64,000 nucleotides of DNA, taken from Escherichia phage 308Ecol101PP. Shown in pieces: positions 53,138-61,962 of the stretch; position 1 is the first letter of the stretch; each line of letters opens with the position of its first letter. Position numbers and translations under genes: made by a program. A model generated the notes under the pieces. It was not told the DNA's origin and did no database searches. It saw nothing but the letters and a program-made list of their open reading frames with translations. The stretch lies in the sequence record OR062945.1. The stretch is one strand, 5' to 3'.

Positions 53138-53597
53138 AAACTATATCAAGGGCGATATTGTCGCCCTGTTTTCTAAAGGTAATAATATCGCTCATGGGTG
53201 TAATTGTTTTCATACAATGGGCGCCGGCGTGGCAGGACAATTAGCAAAGGCTTATCCAAAAATTCTGGAAGCCGATAAACTTCAAACCGAATTTGGAGAC
53301 GAGTCTAAACTCGGGACTTATTCGGTTTATGAAAAATATTTTAAGACCCATAAAGCTTATTGCTTTAATCTTTATACACAGTTTGAGCCTGGACCTAATT
53401 TTGAGTACTATGCTTTAATGAATTGTATAATAGAATTAAATGAATTCGGAAAGAATAAGATAACAAAGCCTGTACTTTATATGCCAAGAATTGGTGCAGG
53501 TATCGGTGGCGGAAACTGGGATGTCATCGAAGAGATTTTAGATACGTATTCCACTAAACTAGAAATTGTGATTGTTGATTGGGAACCATTATTATGA
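53130..53597 (+). CDS. macro-domain-like protein (start uncertain; longest frame begins at TTG 53100)
   Basis: IAHGCNCFHTMGAGVAGQL and RIGAGIGGGNW resemble macro-domain Gly-rich motifs. Confidence 0.4.
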   Translation: MIKNYIKGDIVALFSKGNNIAHGCNCFHTMGAGVAGQLAKAYPKILEADKLQTEFGDESKLGTYSVYEKYFKTHKAYCFNLYTQFEPGPNFEYYALMNCIIELNEFGKNKITKPVLYMPRIGAGIGGGNWDVIEEILDTYSTKLEIVIVDWEPLL

Positions 53598-53806
53598 ATA
53601 TACATTATCCACATCCATATGACCCAAAGAATAAGGCAGTAATTATTCGTCAATGGGAACGCATTTGTCGTACCAAATGTCCAATTAATAGTCCACATGA
53701 TGTAGATAAAGACTACATCGGAACATTCGTTGAATATACCTTTATTGATAAGAAAGGCCGTAAACAACATGTAGAAGAATATTGCTTAAAGGTGTCATGG
53801 CTATGA
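53594..53806 (+). CDS. hypothetical protein
   Basis: 70 aa; ATGA coupling. Confidence 0.45.
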   Translation: MNIHYPHPYDPKNKAVIIRQWERICRTKCPINSPHDVDKDYIGTFVEYTFIDKKGRKQHVEEYCLKVSWL

Positions 53807-54009
53807 GTCAAACAAAAATTCTTACAGGTGCTAAATGCGAAAAATGCGAATGGCCTGTAGTTTTTGCTTTATGCAATAACGAAATGGCTTGTGATTTTGA
53901 TTATTGGTGTTACTGTTCGAACAAAGGTTGTAGCAATCATAAAGGTGAAGGGTTTTACTCAGGATTTTACCCTTACCCGGATTTCGTTAAAGAAGGTGAA
54001 CCTAAATGA
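53803..54009 (+). CDS. Cys-rich small protein (possible zinc-binding)
   Basis: 68 aa; CEKCEW...CNNEMACDFDYWCYCSNKGC. Confidence 0.45.
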   Translation: MSQTKILTGAKCEKCEWPVVFALCNNEMACDFDYWCYCSNKGCSNHKGEGFYSGFYPYPDFVKEGEPK

Positions 54010-54188
54010 AATTAACTAAAGAAGAGAAAGCTAAACTGTTCGAACTTATCCATGACCTATTGGATGAACAAGCAGCCACCAATGCGTATGATGAATATGC
54101 TCCTTTAACAGATGAAGAATATCAAGCATTGTTGGAATCATTTGACAGGAAAGAACAAGAACTTATTGACTACGTGAATTCACTATAA
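54006..54188 (+). CDS. hypothetical acidic protein
   Basis: 60-aa ORF, ATGA coupling. Confidence 0.45.
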   Translation: MKLTKEEKAKLFELIHDLLDEQAATNAYDEYAPLTDEEYQALLESFDRKEQELIDYVNSL

Positions 54189-54197
54189 GGGACTCTT

Positions 54198-54779
54198 ATG
54201 GCTAGTTTAATTTTTACATATGCCGCTATGAACGCTGGTAAGTCTGCTTCATTACTTACTGCCGCACATAACTATAAAGAACGTGGCATGGGTGTATTAG
54301 TTCTTAAACCGGCTATTGATACTCGCGATTCAAAAGGTGAAATAGTCTCTCGTATTGGTATTCGTCAGGACGCCAATATAATTACAAAAGACATGGATAT
54401 CTTTGAATTCTATAAATGGGCTGCAGCACAAAAGGATATTCATTGTGTATTTGTTGACGAAGCTCAGTTCTTAACTACTGAAAAGGTGTATCAACTTAGT
54501 CGTATTGTTGACGTATACAATGTGCCGGTAATGGCATATGGACTACGAACAGATTTTAAAGGTAATCTATTTGAAGGTTCTCAAGCATTAATGGCTATTG
54601 CCGATAAGCTTGTTGAACTTAAAGGTGTCTGTCATTGTGGTAAAAAGGCCACAATGGTAGCTAGAGTCACGGAAGACGGACTTCCAATTACGGATGGCAG
54701 TCAAATTGAAATTGGTGATACCGATAGATATGTGTCATTATGCCGGAAGCATTGGAATGATTTGACAGGGTTGTTATAA
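54198..54779 (+). CDS. tk: thymidine kinase
   Basis: 193 aa; P-loop AAMNAGKSASL, C-terminal CHCG...C zinc motif; same length as T4 Tk. Confidence 0.92.
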   Translation: MASLIFTYAAMNAGKSASLLTAAHNYKERGMGVLVLKPAIDTRDSKGEIVSRIGIRQDANIITKDMDIFEFYKWAAAQKDIHCVFVDEAQFLTTEKVYQLSRIVDVYNVPVMAYGLRTDFKGNLFEGSQALMAIADKLVELKGVCHCGKKATMVARVTEDGLPITDGSQIEIGDTDRYVSLCRKHWNDLTGLL

Positions 54780-54782
54780 ATA
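54775..54782 (+). promoter_or_regulatory. late promoter
   Basis: TATAAATA 25 nt upstream of ATG at 54807. Confidence 0.45.
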
Positions 54783-54806
54783 CTAATATCTAACCAAGAG
54801 GTATAT

Positions 54807-55019
54807 ATGCAGCAATTAAACGAAAGACAACTTCGTAATCTTACTGTAACCCAATTGGATGAAATCCGAAGAGAATTAGGACATTCTATTTCTCATTTAA
54901 ACGAGGATATCCGTCAAACTGGTTCTAAAGCTGATTATACACGCAAGCGCAAGCTGGAAAAATACCTCACAGATGTTAAGGCCGTCCAAAGGCGAAAAAT
55001 AAATACTGGCCAAAATTAA
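54807..55019 (+). CDS. hypothetical basic protein
   Basis: 70-aa ORF. Confidence 0.5.
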   Translation: MQQLNERQLRNLTVTQLDEIRRELGHSISHLNEDIRQTGSKADYTRKRKLEKYLTDVKAVQRRKINTGQN

Positions 55020-55031
55020 CAGGAGGCCTAT

Positions 55032-55334
55032 ATGGCCTTAAGAGCGATAGCTGTCATGGCGATGCTGGGGTTTTTTGCAGCAACAACTCCTATCGTTGGT
55101 ACTGCGTACACTGACCCATATTTTGATAACTTTATGGAATCAGGGATTAAAAACGTATATACTTTGTTTGAAATTCAAAATGTCGAGAATTCTGAAAAAT
55201 TCTATAAGTATATGGCAAAGCATTACAAAAATAGCCCCTGTGATGATGCATTTGAATGTCATGAACAAGGCATAAAAACTGCCAGACAATTTGCCGAGTT
55301 CATGAAAATAAAATTAGAGCCTACATCTATCTAA
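55032..55334 (+). CDS. exported small protein
   Basis: 100 aa with N-terminal hydrophobic signal-like segment. Confidence 0.5.
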   Translation: MALRAIAVMAMLGFFAATTPIVGTAYTDPYFDNFMESGIKNVYTLFEIQNVENSEKFYKYMAKHYKNSPCDDAFECHEQGIKTARQFAEFMKIKLEPTSI

Positions 55335-55340
55335 TTTAAT

Positions 55341-55370
55341 AGCCCCTTCCTTATGGTTGGGGCTTTTTTG
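55341..55370 (+). terminator. rho-independent terminator (module A, second copy)
   Basis: AGCCCCTTCC-ttat-GGTTGGGGCT followed by TTTTTT; same stem as 39519. Confidence 0.6.
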
Positions 55371-55379
55371 CATTTAGCA

Positions 55380-55415
55380 GTTTACTTCTCCTCAGGTTGT
55401 GTTATAGTAGACCTT
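55380..55415 (+). promoter_or_regulatory. early promoter (PeSL-type)
   Basis: GTTTACTTCTCCTC...TGTTATAGTAG...AGAGGAG. Confidence 0.5.
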
Positions 55416-55435
55416 ACTTACTAGAGGAGAACGTT

Positions 55436-55615
55436 ATGTCACGTAAAGAAAAAATTTCTAAGTTAATGTTTTTGATTGAAGAGTACGCTAATGCGGTATC
55501 TGATTGGGAAAATGCTCATGGTTGCGAAGATGGAGACATCGACATTAACAGAGCTATGAAAAAGATGGCAGATGCCCACACCGAATTGCAAATGTATGTT
55601 AACGAGATTATGTGA
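55436..55615 (+). CDS. hypothetical protein
   Basis: 59 aa. Confidence 0.45.
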   Translation: MSRKEKISKLMFLIEEYANAVSDWENAHGCEDGDIDINRAMKKMADAHTELQMYVNEIM

Positions 55616-55622
55616 GGATATT

Positions 55623-55790
55623 ATGCTTTACGATTATACTGGAAAATCTGAAGACGGTGTACTTGAACTTTTACCTGAAAGCGCTGAAGATGATGATATG
55701 GTGGTGATATATTGTGTTGGTTGTCAATCAATGCATGATGAAATTTTTAAACGTGAACCAAGAAACTGTTGGCACAGGAGCATGAGATGA
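55623..55790 (+). CDS. hypothetical protein, MLYD paralog 1
   Basis: 55 aa starting MLYDYTGKSEDGV. Confidence 0.45.
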   Translation: MLYDYTGKSEDGVLELLPESAEDDDMVVIYCVGCQSMHDEIFKREPRNCWHRSMR

Positions 55791-55882
55791 TTTATTATCT
55801 TGAACCTTGGGCTTGGTTAACAATGGCTGTAGGACCTGTTTTAATTGGTTTATTCTTTTCATGGTTGGCGAGGAAACTGTAA
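55787..55882 (+). CDS. possible 31-aa hydrophobic micro-protein
   Basis: ATGA and TAATG coupling on both sides; MIYYLEPWAWLTMAVGPVLIGLFFSWLARKL. Confidence 0.3.
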   Translation: MIYYLEPWAWLTMAVGPVLIGLFFSWLARKL

Positions 55883-56097
55883 TGTTATATGACCCAAGCG
55901 GTTGTTCTGAAGATGGTGTGATTGTTCTGGAGCCTGAGCATCCAGTTGGTGATGTATATCGCACCGTTGAAGTATGTGAATGTAATTTCGTTGAAGGTAA
56001 TACTGGCGGAATTTCCATTGAGCAAGAAGATGATGTTATTTACCTGGATGCAAGCCAAGTAGAAGCTCTTTATAGCATTTTAAAACATAATCGGTAG
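55882..56097 (+). CDS. hypothetical protein, MLYD paralog 2
   Basis: 71 aa starting MLYDPSGCSEDGV. Confidence 0.5.
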   Translation: MLYDPSGCSEDGVIVLEPEHPVGDVYRTVEVCECNFVEGNTGGISIEQEDDVIYLDASQVEALYSILKHNR

Positions 56098-56135
56098 TTT
56101 ACGTCTTGGTAGGACTATGTTATAGTAGTCCTACC
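56097..56135 (+). promoter_or_regulatory. early promoter with stem-loop (PeSL-type)
   Basis: GTTTAC, TGTTATAGT, GGTAGGACTA/TAGTCCTACC. Confidence 0.5.
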
Positions 56136-56154
56136 AAAACAAATGGAGAACAAA

Positions 56155-56265
56155 ATGAAACTTTTGCTTATCGCTTATGTTGTAGTACAATACAATTATC
56201 CGATGTTTACTTATAACATGGTAAACGGCATAGTGAATCTTATTGAAACGAGTATGGTAAAATGA
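56155..56265 (+). CDS. possible 36-aa hydrophobic peptide
   Basis: ATG after TGGAGA RBS, below ORF-track size cutoff. Confidence 0.35.
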   Translation: MKLLLIAYVVVQYNYPMFTYNMVNGIVNLIETSMVK

Positions 56266-56441
56266 CCCGTGAACAAGCTAATAAATTGATGGACCTTATT
56301 CGTGACTTGCGCGAAGCTGATTCAGATTTGAATGATGTAGCTTATCATGCGGTAAATGATAATGTAGACTTTTATGAAAATCAGGTTGATGCTTGTCAGA
56401 ATGCTTTGGTGAATTTTGTTGAAACTTTAATTGGTGAATAA
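56262..56441 (+). CDS. hypothetical 59-aa acidic protein
   Basis: ATGA-coupled, below ORF-track size cutoff. Confidence 0.4.
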   Translation: MTREQANKLMDLIRDLREADSDLNDVAYHAVNDNVDFYENQVDACQNALVNFVETLIGE

Positions 56442-56442
56442 T

Positions 56443-56973
56443 ATGAAAACTGTAATTGAAACAACCGAGTTGTTTGGTGATTTATGTATCGAAAAACGTG
56501 GTTATGTGTATGTTCTGACACAAGAAGATGATGCTGCTACTATTCTTCCTATGGAACTGGACAAGATTTTGAAACTCAATCCACCGGGTCATGCATCTGT
56601 AATTAACATTAATGAAGACCTTCAAGTTCGTTTTTATCATGGACTTTATAGTGGGGTTAATATCGAAACTGAAGACGAATGTTTTTCTATTAATAATTGG
56701 AAAACATTCGTCACTAAGGTGAAAGAATTCGTGGAATCTGAAACAGCCAAAAAGGCCAAACTTCAATGGGCTAAATGCCGTAATGCTTTTATTACAAATC
56801 AGGACCGCCCTGACTATACAACAGTCCTAGGCGTTAATCCTTCTTATGAAGATGGTGATGTCGTAGTTATTCGTCAAATTGATGACCTTCGACAACATAT
56901 CATTACATTAGACAAAGATGAAGCAGTTGCTCTTAAAGCTTATCTTGATTCTATTATCCCGACTTTGAAATAA
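56443..56973 (+). CDS. hypothetical protein
   Basis: 176 aa. Confidence 0.55.
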   Translation: MKTVIETTELFGDLCIEKRGYVYVLTQEDDAATILPMELDKILKLNPPGHASVININEDLQVRFYHGLYSGVNIETEDECFSINNWKTFVTKVKEFVESETAKKAKLQWAKCRNAFITNQDRPDYTTVLGVNPSYEDGDVVVIRQIDDLRQHIITLDKDEAVALKAYLDSIIPTLK

Positions 56974-56982
56974 GGAATTATT

Positions 56983-57456
56983 ATGATTATCAATGAAAAC
57001 TCTTGGCACTTTAAAATTTATGCCGCGTTCAATAGTACATGGAATCGCCCGAAAACATTATGTGCTTATTTTTGGAAAACGTTAATCCCGGTATTGTCTG
57101 TTTCAATTATTGGATTTGCGATTTTAGCAGCAGTCGTAATCATTGGCCAGGAAATTTTAACTAAATTCTTTGTTTTTAGCAGTCTATGGACATTAGTTCC
57201 AGCCTCAATTGGTGTAGGCATTTTAATTGTAGCAGTCATGGCTTTTATTGCTACCGGGTTGGTAATTGGTCCGTCTTGGTTGTTAGACAAATATAACGAC
57301 AGAAAATATTATAAAGAAATTGAGCTCATTGCACAAAACCAAGAACGAATTAAAAATGGACTTGCGCCTATTGAACGTAAGAAATCATTAATAGGCGAAT
57401 ACCTTAAAGCTCGTAAAGAAAAAGTCTGTCCTACTCTTGAATATAAGGCTAAATGA
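56983..57456 (+). CDS. membrane protein
   Basis: 157 aa, two long hydrophobic segments. Confidence 0.55.
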   Translation: MIINENSWHFKIYAAFNSTWNRPKTLCAYFWKTLIPVLSVSIIGFAILAAVVIIGQEILTKFFVFSSLWTLVPASIGVGILIVAVMAFIATGLVIGPSWLLDKYNDRKYYKEIELIAQNQERIKNGLAPIERKKSLIGEYLKARKEKVCPTLEYKAK

Positions 57457-58442
57457 TGAAAACAATTATGAAAGGCTACTTTGGTAGTCACCTTTATGGA
57501 ACGTCTACTCCTGAATCTGACGTCGATTTTAAAGAAATTTATGTCCCTCATGCTCGTGATATCTTGACCGGTAACGTTAAAGAACACATGAGCAAGAACA
57601 CGAATAACACATCTTCTAAGAACACAAAAGACGACGTGGACCATGAGTTGTATAGTCTCAAATATTTCTTTAAACTAGCTGCGGACGGTGAAACTGTCGC
57701 ATTAGATATGCTTCACACTCCACAAAGTTTAGTAGTTAAATCTGATTTGCCTGATGTATGGAAGTATATTCAAGATAACAGGTCTCGTTTCTATACCACT
57801 AACATGAAATCTTATTTAGGGTACGTCCGTAAGCAAGCTTCTAAATATGGTGTCAAGGGTTCTCGACTGGCTGTTCTTCGTCAAGCCCTTAAACGTTCTA
57901 ATGAATGGGGACAATACTTTGATAATGGTGCAGTAATTCGTTTATCACATATGAAGAATGTTCTGCCTGTAGGTGAATTTGCTTCATGGGTTGAAACCGA
58001 AAACGAGAAAACAGGTAAGCAAACATTCTATAATCTGTTAGACCGTAAATTCCAAGACACGTTAACCAATAAAGAGTTCAATGCCATCCTTGTTAAACTA
58101 GAAGAGAACTATGGCGAACGTGCTCGTAAAGCAGAAGCTAACGAAGGTATTGACTGGAAAGCATTGAGTCATGCATGCCGTGGTGGACTTCAATTATTGG
58201 AAATTTACAAAACAGGCGACCTGGTTTACCCACTTCAGGATGCTCCATTTATTCTCGATGTTAAGCTTGGTAAACATACTTTTAAAACTGTACAAGAATT
58301 CCTAGAAGATATCGTTGACCAAGTTGAACATGCGTCAGAACAAGCTGCCAAGAACGGTATGCAACAAAAAGTAGATATGAGTTTCTGGGATGACTTCCTT
58401 GAACAGGTCTATCTCGAAAATCATAATTCTTACTATAAATAA
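57453..58442 (+). CDS. nucleotidyltransferase-fold protein
   Basis: 329 aa; GYFGSHLYGTSTPESDVDF fits the h-G-S-x(9-13)-D-h-D motif. Confidence 0.55.
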   Translation: MMKTIMKGYFGSHLYGTSTPESDVDFKEIYVPHARDILTGNVKEHMSKNTNNTSSKNTKDDVDHELYSLKYFFKLAADGETVALDMLHTPQSLVVKSDLPDVWKYIQDNRSRFYTTNMKSYLGYVRKQASKYGVKGSRLAVLRQALKRSNEWGQYFDNGAVIRLSHMKNVLPVGEFASWVETENEKTGKQTFYNLLDRKFQDTLTNKEFNAILVKLEENYGERARKAEANEGIDWKALSHACRGGLQLLEIYKTGDLVYPLQDAPFILDVKLGKHTFKTVQEFLEDIVDQVEHASEQAAKNGMQQKVDMSFWDDFLEQVYLENHNSYYK

Positions 58443-58473
58443 GTAGATAAATAACCATTAACTTGAGGTAAAT

Positions 58474-58737
58474 ATGAAAAAATTGGTAATTGGTTTATTC
58501 GCAGTAATGATGGCATTCTCTGTTGGTGCTACCACGGGTGCAGCCGGCGGTAACCAGTCTTCTGGGCCTTCTAATGGTTCGGTAAATGCATCACATTCTC
58601 AGGGTATTGAGAACATTAAATCAAGCTATATTAATAGCACGGCCGGACAAGCAACTGAAGCATGGTCAAAGGGACGAGTAGTTACTCGCTCCGTATTCTG
58701 TGATATGCCTAATTATGTTGCTAAGTGCGATAAGTAA
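58474..58737 (+). CDS. exported small protein
   Basis: 87 aa; signal peptide MKKLVIGLFAVMMAFSVGA. Confidence 0.5.
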   Translation: MKKLVIGLFAVMMAFSVGATTGAAGGNQSSGPSNGSVNASHSQGIENIKSSYINSTAGQATEAWSKGRVVTRSVFCDMPNYVAKCDK

Positions 58738-58741
58738 ATGT

Positions 58742-58765
58742 GGGGACCTTCGGGTCCCTTTAGGG
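58742..58765 (+). terminator. rho-independent terminator (module B, second copy)
   Basis: GGGGACC-ttcg-GGTCCC followed by TTTAGGGGG. Confidence 0.55.
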
Positions 58766-58789
58766 GGTTAAAATATTTTTAAAAAAGTA

Positions 58790-58826
58790 GTGTACATGCT
58801 TTTAGGATATGTTATTATAGACCTAT
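58790..58826 (+). promoter_or_regulatory. early promoter (PeSL-type)
   Basis: GTGTACA...TGTTATTATAGACCTATCAAAAC. Confidence 0.5.
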
Positions 58827-58856
58827 CAAAACGAAATGAGTAAATTGGAGAATAAA

Positions 58857-59837
58857 ATGTTCAACGTTCAAATCAAAAAAGGTATCTATCGTAATAACGA
58901 AATCTCTGGTTCTTATGTTGCCACAAAGACCTGGTTCCCAGCAAAGCTTAATCCTGAATGTTCCCACTTAGGTGATGGTAAAATTTTCGTTATGATTGAT
59001 GGTTCTGAACGCGGAGTATGGGTCTTCAAATCAGACATCGTAATGGAAGGAGTTGAGACGTCACCAGTTGCAGTTGTTGAAAGCACTGAAGATATGAAAA
59101 CTCGTATCAACAAACGCTTTAAAGTAATGAACATGATGACGAATGGCATTATCGATGGCAAAATTCGTTCACTCATTATTTCAGGTGCAGCTGGTATTGG
59201 TAAGACGTATTCTCTGGATAAAGCACTTAATAATGCTAATGATAACGGTTTCATCAAATACAAAAGCATTAATGGTAAAATCTCTGGTATTGGCCTTTAC
59301 GAACAACTTTGGCTCAACCGTGATGCGGACAGCGTTCTCTTAATCGACGACGTTGACGTATTCTCAGATATGGACATCTTGAACCTTCTTAAAGCAGCAT
59401 TAGATACTGGAGATAAACGCAAAGTTTGCTGGAGCACTGCGTCATCTTATCTCGATGATAAGGGTATTGATAAAGAATTTGAGTTTGAAGGTACTATCGT
59501 TTTCATTACAAACGTTGATATCGATAAAGAGTTAGAACGCGGTTCGAAACTTGCCCCACACCTTCAAGCTTTAGTATCTCGTTCAGTGTATCTCGACCTT
59601 GGAGTACACTCTAATGAAGAGATTATGGTTCGAGTTGAAGATGTAATATTATCTACTGACATGATGCAGAAACGTGGTCTGACAGATGCAGAAACGTATA
59701 AAGCATTGTCCTGGATGAAGGCTAACGTATCTCGTCTTCGCAATGTATCATTACGTACGGCTCTTTACGTAGCAGATTTTATTTCAACTGATAAAGATGG
59801 TTGGGAAGAAATCTCGGAAGTTACTTTACTGAAATAA
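58857..59837 (+). CDS. P-loop ATPase (AAA-like)
   Basis: 326 aa; Walker A GAAGIGKT, Walker B VLLIDDVD. Confidence 0.55.
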   Translation: MFNVQIKKGIYRNNEISGSYVATKTWFPAKLNPECSHLGDGKIFVMIDGSERGVWVFKSDIVMEGVETSPVAVVESTEDMKTRINKRFKVMNMMTNGIIDGKIRSLIISGAAGIGKTYSLDKALNNANDNGFIKYKSINGKISGIGLYEQLWLNRDADSVLLIDDVDVFSDMDILNLLKAALDTGDKRKVCWSTASSYLDDKGIDKEFEFEGTIVFITNVDIDKELERGSKLAPHLQALVSRSVYLDLGVHSNEEIMVRVEDVILSTDMMQKRGLTDAETYKALSWMKANVSRLRNVSLRTALYVADFISTDKDGWEEISEVTLLK

Positions 59838-59975
59838 GCTTATAGGAAGTTCTGAGGTAACAAAAGCCATAAAGATGAATAATCATATGGCTTACCTCAA
59901 AGAAGGACACCAGGAACCTACTGAGGGCATAGAAATATTTAAAAATAATGATGTACAAATCAAAGAGGATATGTT

Positions 59976-60263
59976 ATGGATTTTATGCAAAAAATTAAAG
60001 CCGCAGTAGAACTCTATGCTCATCGTATGGTTAGTTCTACAATGCAATATAGCGAGGAGGTTCGCCAGGACTCTTCCTTGAAAGGAAAAACTAAAGCCTT
60101 AATTACCTTAGATCGTTTGCAAAAGAATGCCATAGAGATGCTCCAGTACGACAAGGCTGTATATAAGAAAGAACAGGAAGAGAAACTTAAATCTGAAAAA
60201 TTACAGAAAATTCCGAAATCGGTTTGGTTCAGTGGAAAAAATACCGAAAAAAGTTTCTTTTAG
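59976..60263 (+). CDS. hypothetical protein
   Basis: 95 aa. Confidence 0.5.
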   Translation: MDFMQKIKAAVELYAHRMVSSTMQYSEEVRQDSSLKGKTKALITLDRLQKNAIEMLQYDKAVYKKEQEEKLKSEKLQKIPKSVWFSGKNTEKSFF

Positions 60264-60265
60264 TT

Positions 60266-60300
60266 GTTTACAAGGTCTATAGTTATGTTATTATAGACCT
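60266..60300 (+). promoter_or_regulatory. early promoter with stem-loop (PeSL-type)
   Basis: GTTTACA, TGTTATTATAG, AGGTCTATA/TATAGACCT. Confidence 0.5.
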
Positions 60301-60321
60301 ATCAACTACTGGAGGTAAAAC

Positions 60322-60849
60322 ATGAACGCTAAAGATATTTTCAACCTGGTAAATTATAACGACGGTAAATTTAAATCTGAAGCACAAAGCAAGTTCTTTA
60401 ATGACGTTGCTTATGGTAACGAGATTACCGTGGACGGAGGTCAGATTTTCAAATCTCGCTGGAATTGGATTGCTATCATCGATTCAGTTGGAATTGTGGA
60501 AGTCTACAAAAACACTAACAAAAAACGTACATTATTCTGGTCTCGTGAAACTAACGAGCAGTACAAAAAGGATAAAGCATCTCGTTTATCCAAAGTAACC
60601 CAGGAAGATATCGAGTTTATCAAGAAAGATATCGAGATGTACGAAAATTTAATCGCTGAAGACCAGGCAGTACTCGATAAGTTTGATGAAATTAAAGCTT
60701 CTCGTGAAATCCCTGACTTCATGAAAGAAACAGTAAACGAACGATACGCTCTCACTTCAGAACGTATTGCAAACTATACAAAACAGAAAGCAGAACGTAT
60801 TAGTACTCTTCGGAAATTTGAAGAACGTTTAAAGACGGTTCACGCATAA
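60322..60849 (+). CDS. hypothetical protein
   Basis: 175 aa. Confidence 0.55.
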   Translation: MNAKDIFNLVNYNDGKFKSEAQSKFFNDVAYGNEITVDGGQIFKSRWNWIAIIDSVGIVEVYKNTNKKRTLFWSRETNEQYKKDKASRLSKVTQEDIEFIKKDIEMYENLIAEDQAVLDKFDEIKASREIPDFMKETVNERYALTSERIANYTKQKAERISTLRKFEERLKTVHA

Positions 60850-60911
60850 ACGCTTTACCCAAGGACGGGTTATAATGGTTTTGAGTTCCAATTCAATCTG
60901 AGGAAATAGAT

Positions 60912-61907
60912 ATGAGCATTACATCTGATGCGGTAAAACATGAAATTAACGGTTTATGTGCTTCACAGATTAAAGTGTGGTTTAAAGACCATAATGATCG
61001 CAGAGCACTTAATTATGAGCAAATTGCTATCCAAGTTCATCAATTACTGACTAGTAAATTTGATTTTCATATGCCGTCTGAAATTTATACTAATCTACCG
61101 CGAGCGCTTATTAAAGCGTGTAAAGGTTACGGAAAATCAATGGCTGATGGAATCTTCAGCGCGCTGAATAAACTTAACGTTCTGTCGATGATTAACTCTA
61201 ACAACATTCTGCGTAATCTAGGACGTACTGATTTGTTCGGTCGTGAACAGTGTAAAATGCCTTTGAAATGGATTGTTGCTCATCTTAACGAGAACCAAAC
61301 ACGTTTTATGGCCGTATCAGCACGCTTACAAATGGGCCTAGATCGTCAGATGAACTTTAAAACTCATCCACGGTATTCAGGTTCAACAGACTTTTATAAA
61401 TGTGAGCTTCAAAAGGTTGCAGGTAAAACTGTCTTAGTAGTTCGTGTAACGTTTGAAGGACGACGTCAAGGATATTTTGACCTAATCGGCTCTGGTCTTA
61501 AACATTGTGGATTTATTGACGAAGTTGATATTAAGCGAGACGGCATTGGATACCGTATTGGATATGTTTGTACTCTTAAAGAAGAGATTTCAGGACCAGC
61601 ACCAGGACTAAAAGACGTTAGATATAAAGACGAGCTTGTTGAAGAAATAAAAGAAGTTGAATATGATATCAACCAAGAAGATGCTCTTAAAGACCTTATT
61701 GATGAACTAAACCAAGACATTATTCCGGTTCAGAAATTTGAATCAAAACATGCTGAGCAAATCAAATACTTTGAAGCTTTGATTAACGAACTTAATGTAA
61801 CTATTCAACAGACTGATGATGAAATCTCACGATTAGCAGGCTTAAATGGTAAAAATAAAACGGAACGAGCTAATCTTATTCAAGTAGTAAAACTTCTTAA
61901 GGAATGA
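60912..61907 (+). CDS. hypothetical protein with C-terminal coiled coil
   Basis: 331 aa. Confidence 0.55.
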   Translation: MSITSDAVKHEINGLCASQIKVWFKDHNDRRALNYEQIAIQVHQLLTSKFDFHMPSEIYTNLPRALIKACKGYGKSMADGIFSALNKLNVLSMINSNNILRNLGRTDLFGREQCKMPLKWIVAHLNENQTRFMAVSARLQMGLDRQMNFKTHPRYSGSTDFYKCELQKVAGKTVLVVRVTFEGRRQGYFDLIGSGLKHCGFIDEVDIKRDGIGYRIGYVCTLKEEISGPAPGLKDVRYKDELVEEIKEVEYDINQEDALKDLIDELNQDIIPVQKFESKHAEQIKYFEALINELNVTIQQTDDEISRLAGLNGKNKTERANLIQVVKLLKE

Positions 61908-61936
61908 TGTACAACCAGGGATGGTTGGAGTATAAT
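61908..61936 (+). promoter_or_regulatory. early promoter with stem-loop
   Basis: TGTACAACCAGGGATGGTTGGAGTATAAT. Confidence 0.5.
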
Positions 61937-61962
61937 AAATTTTTCAACATGAGGAATATAAA

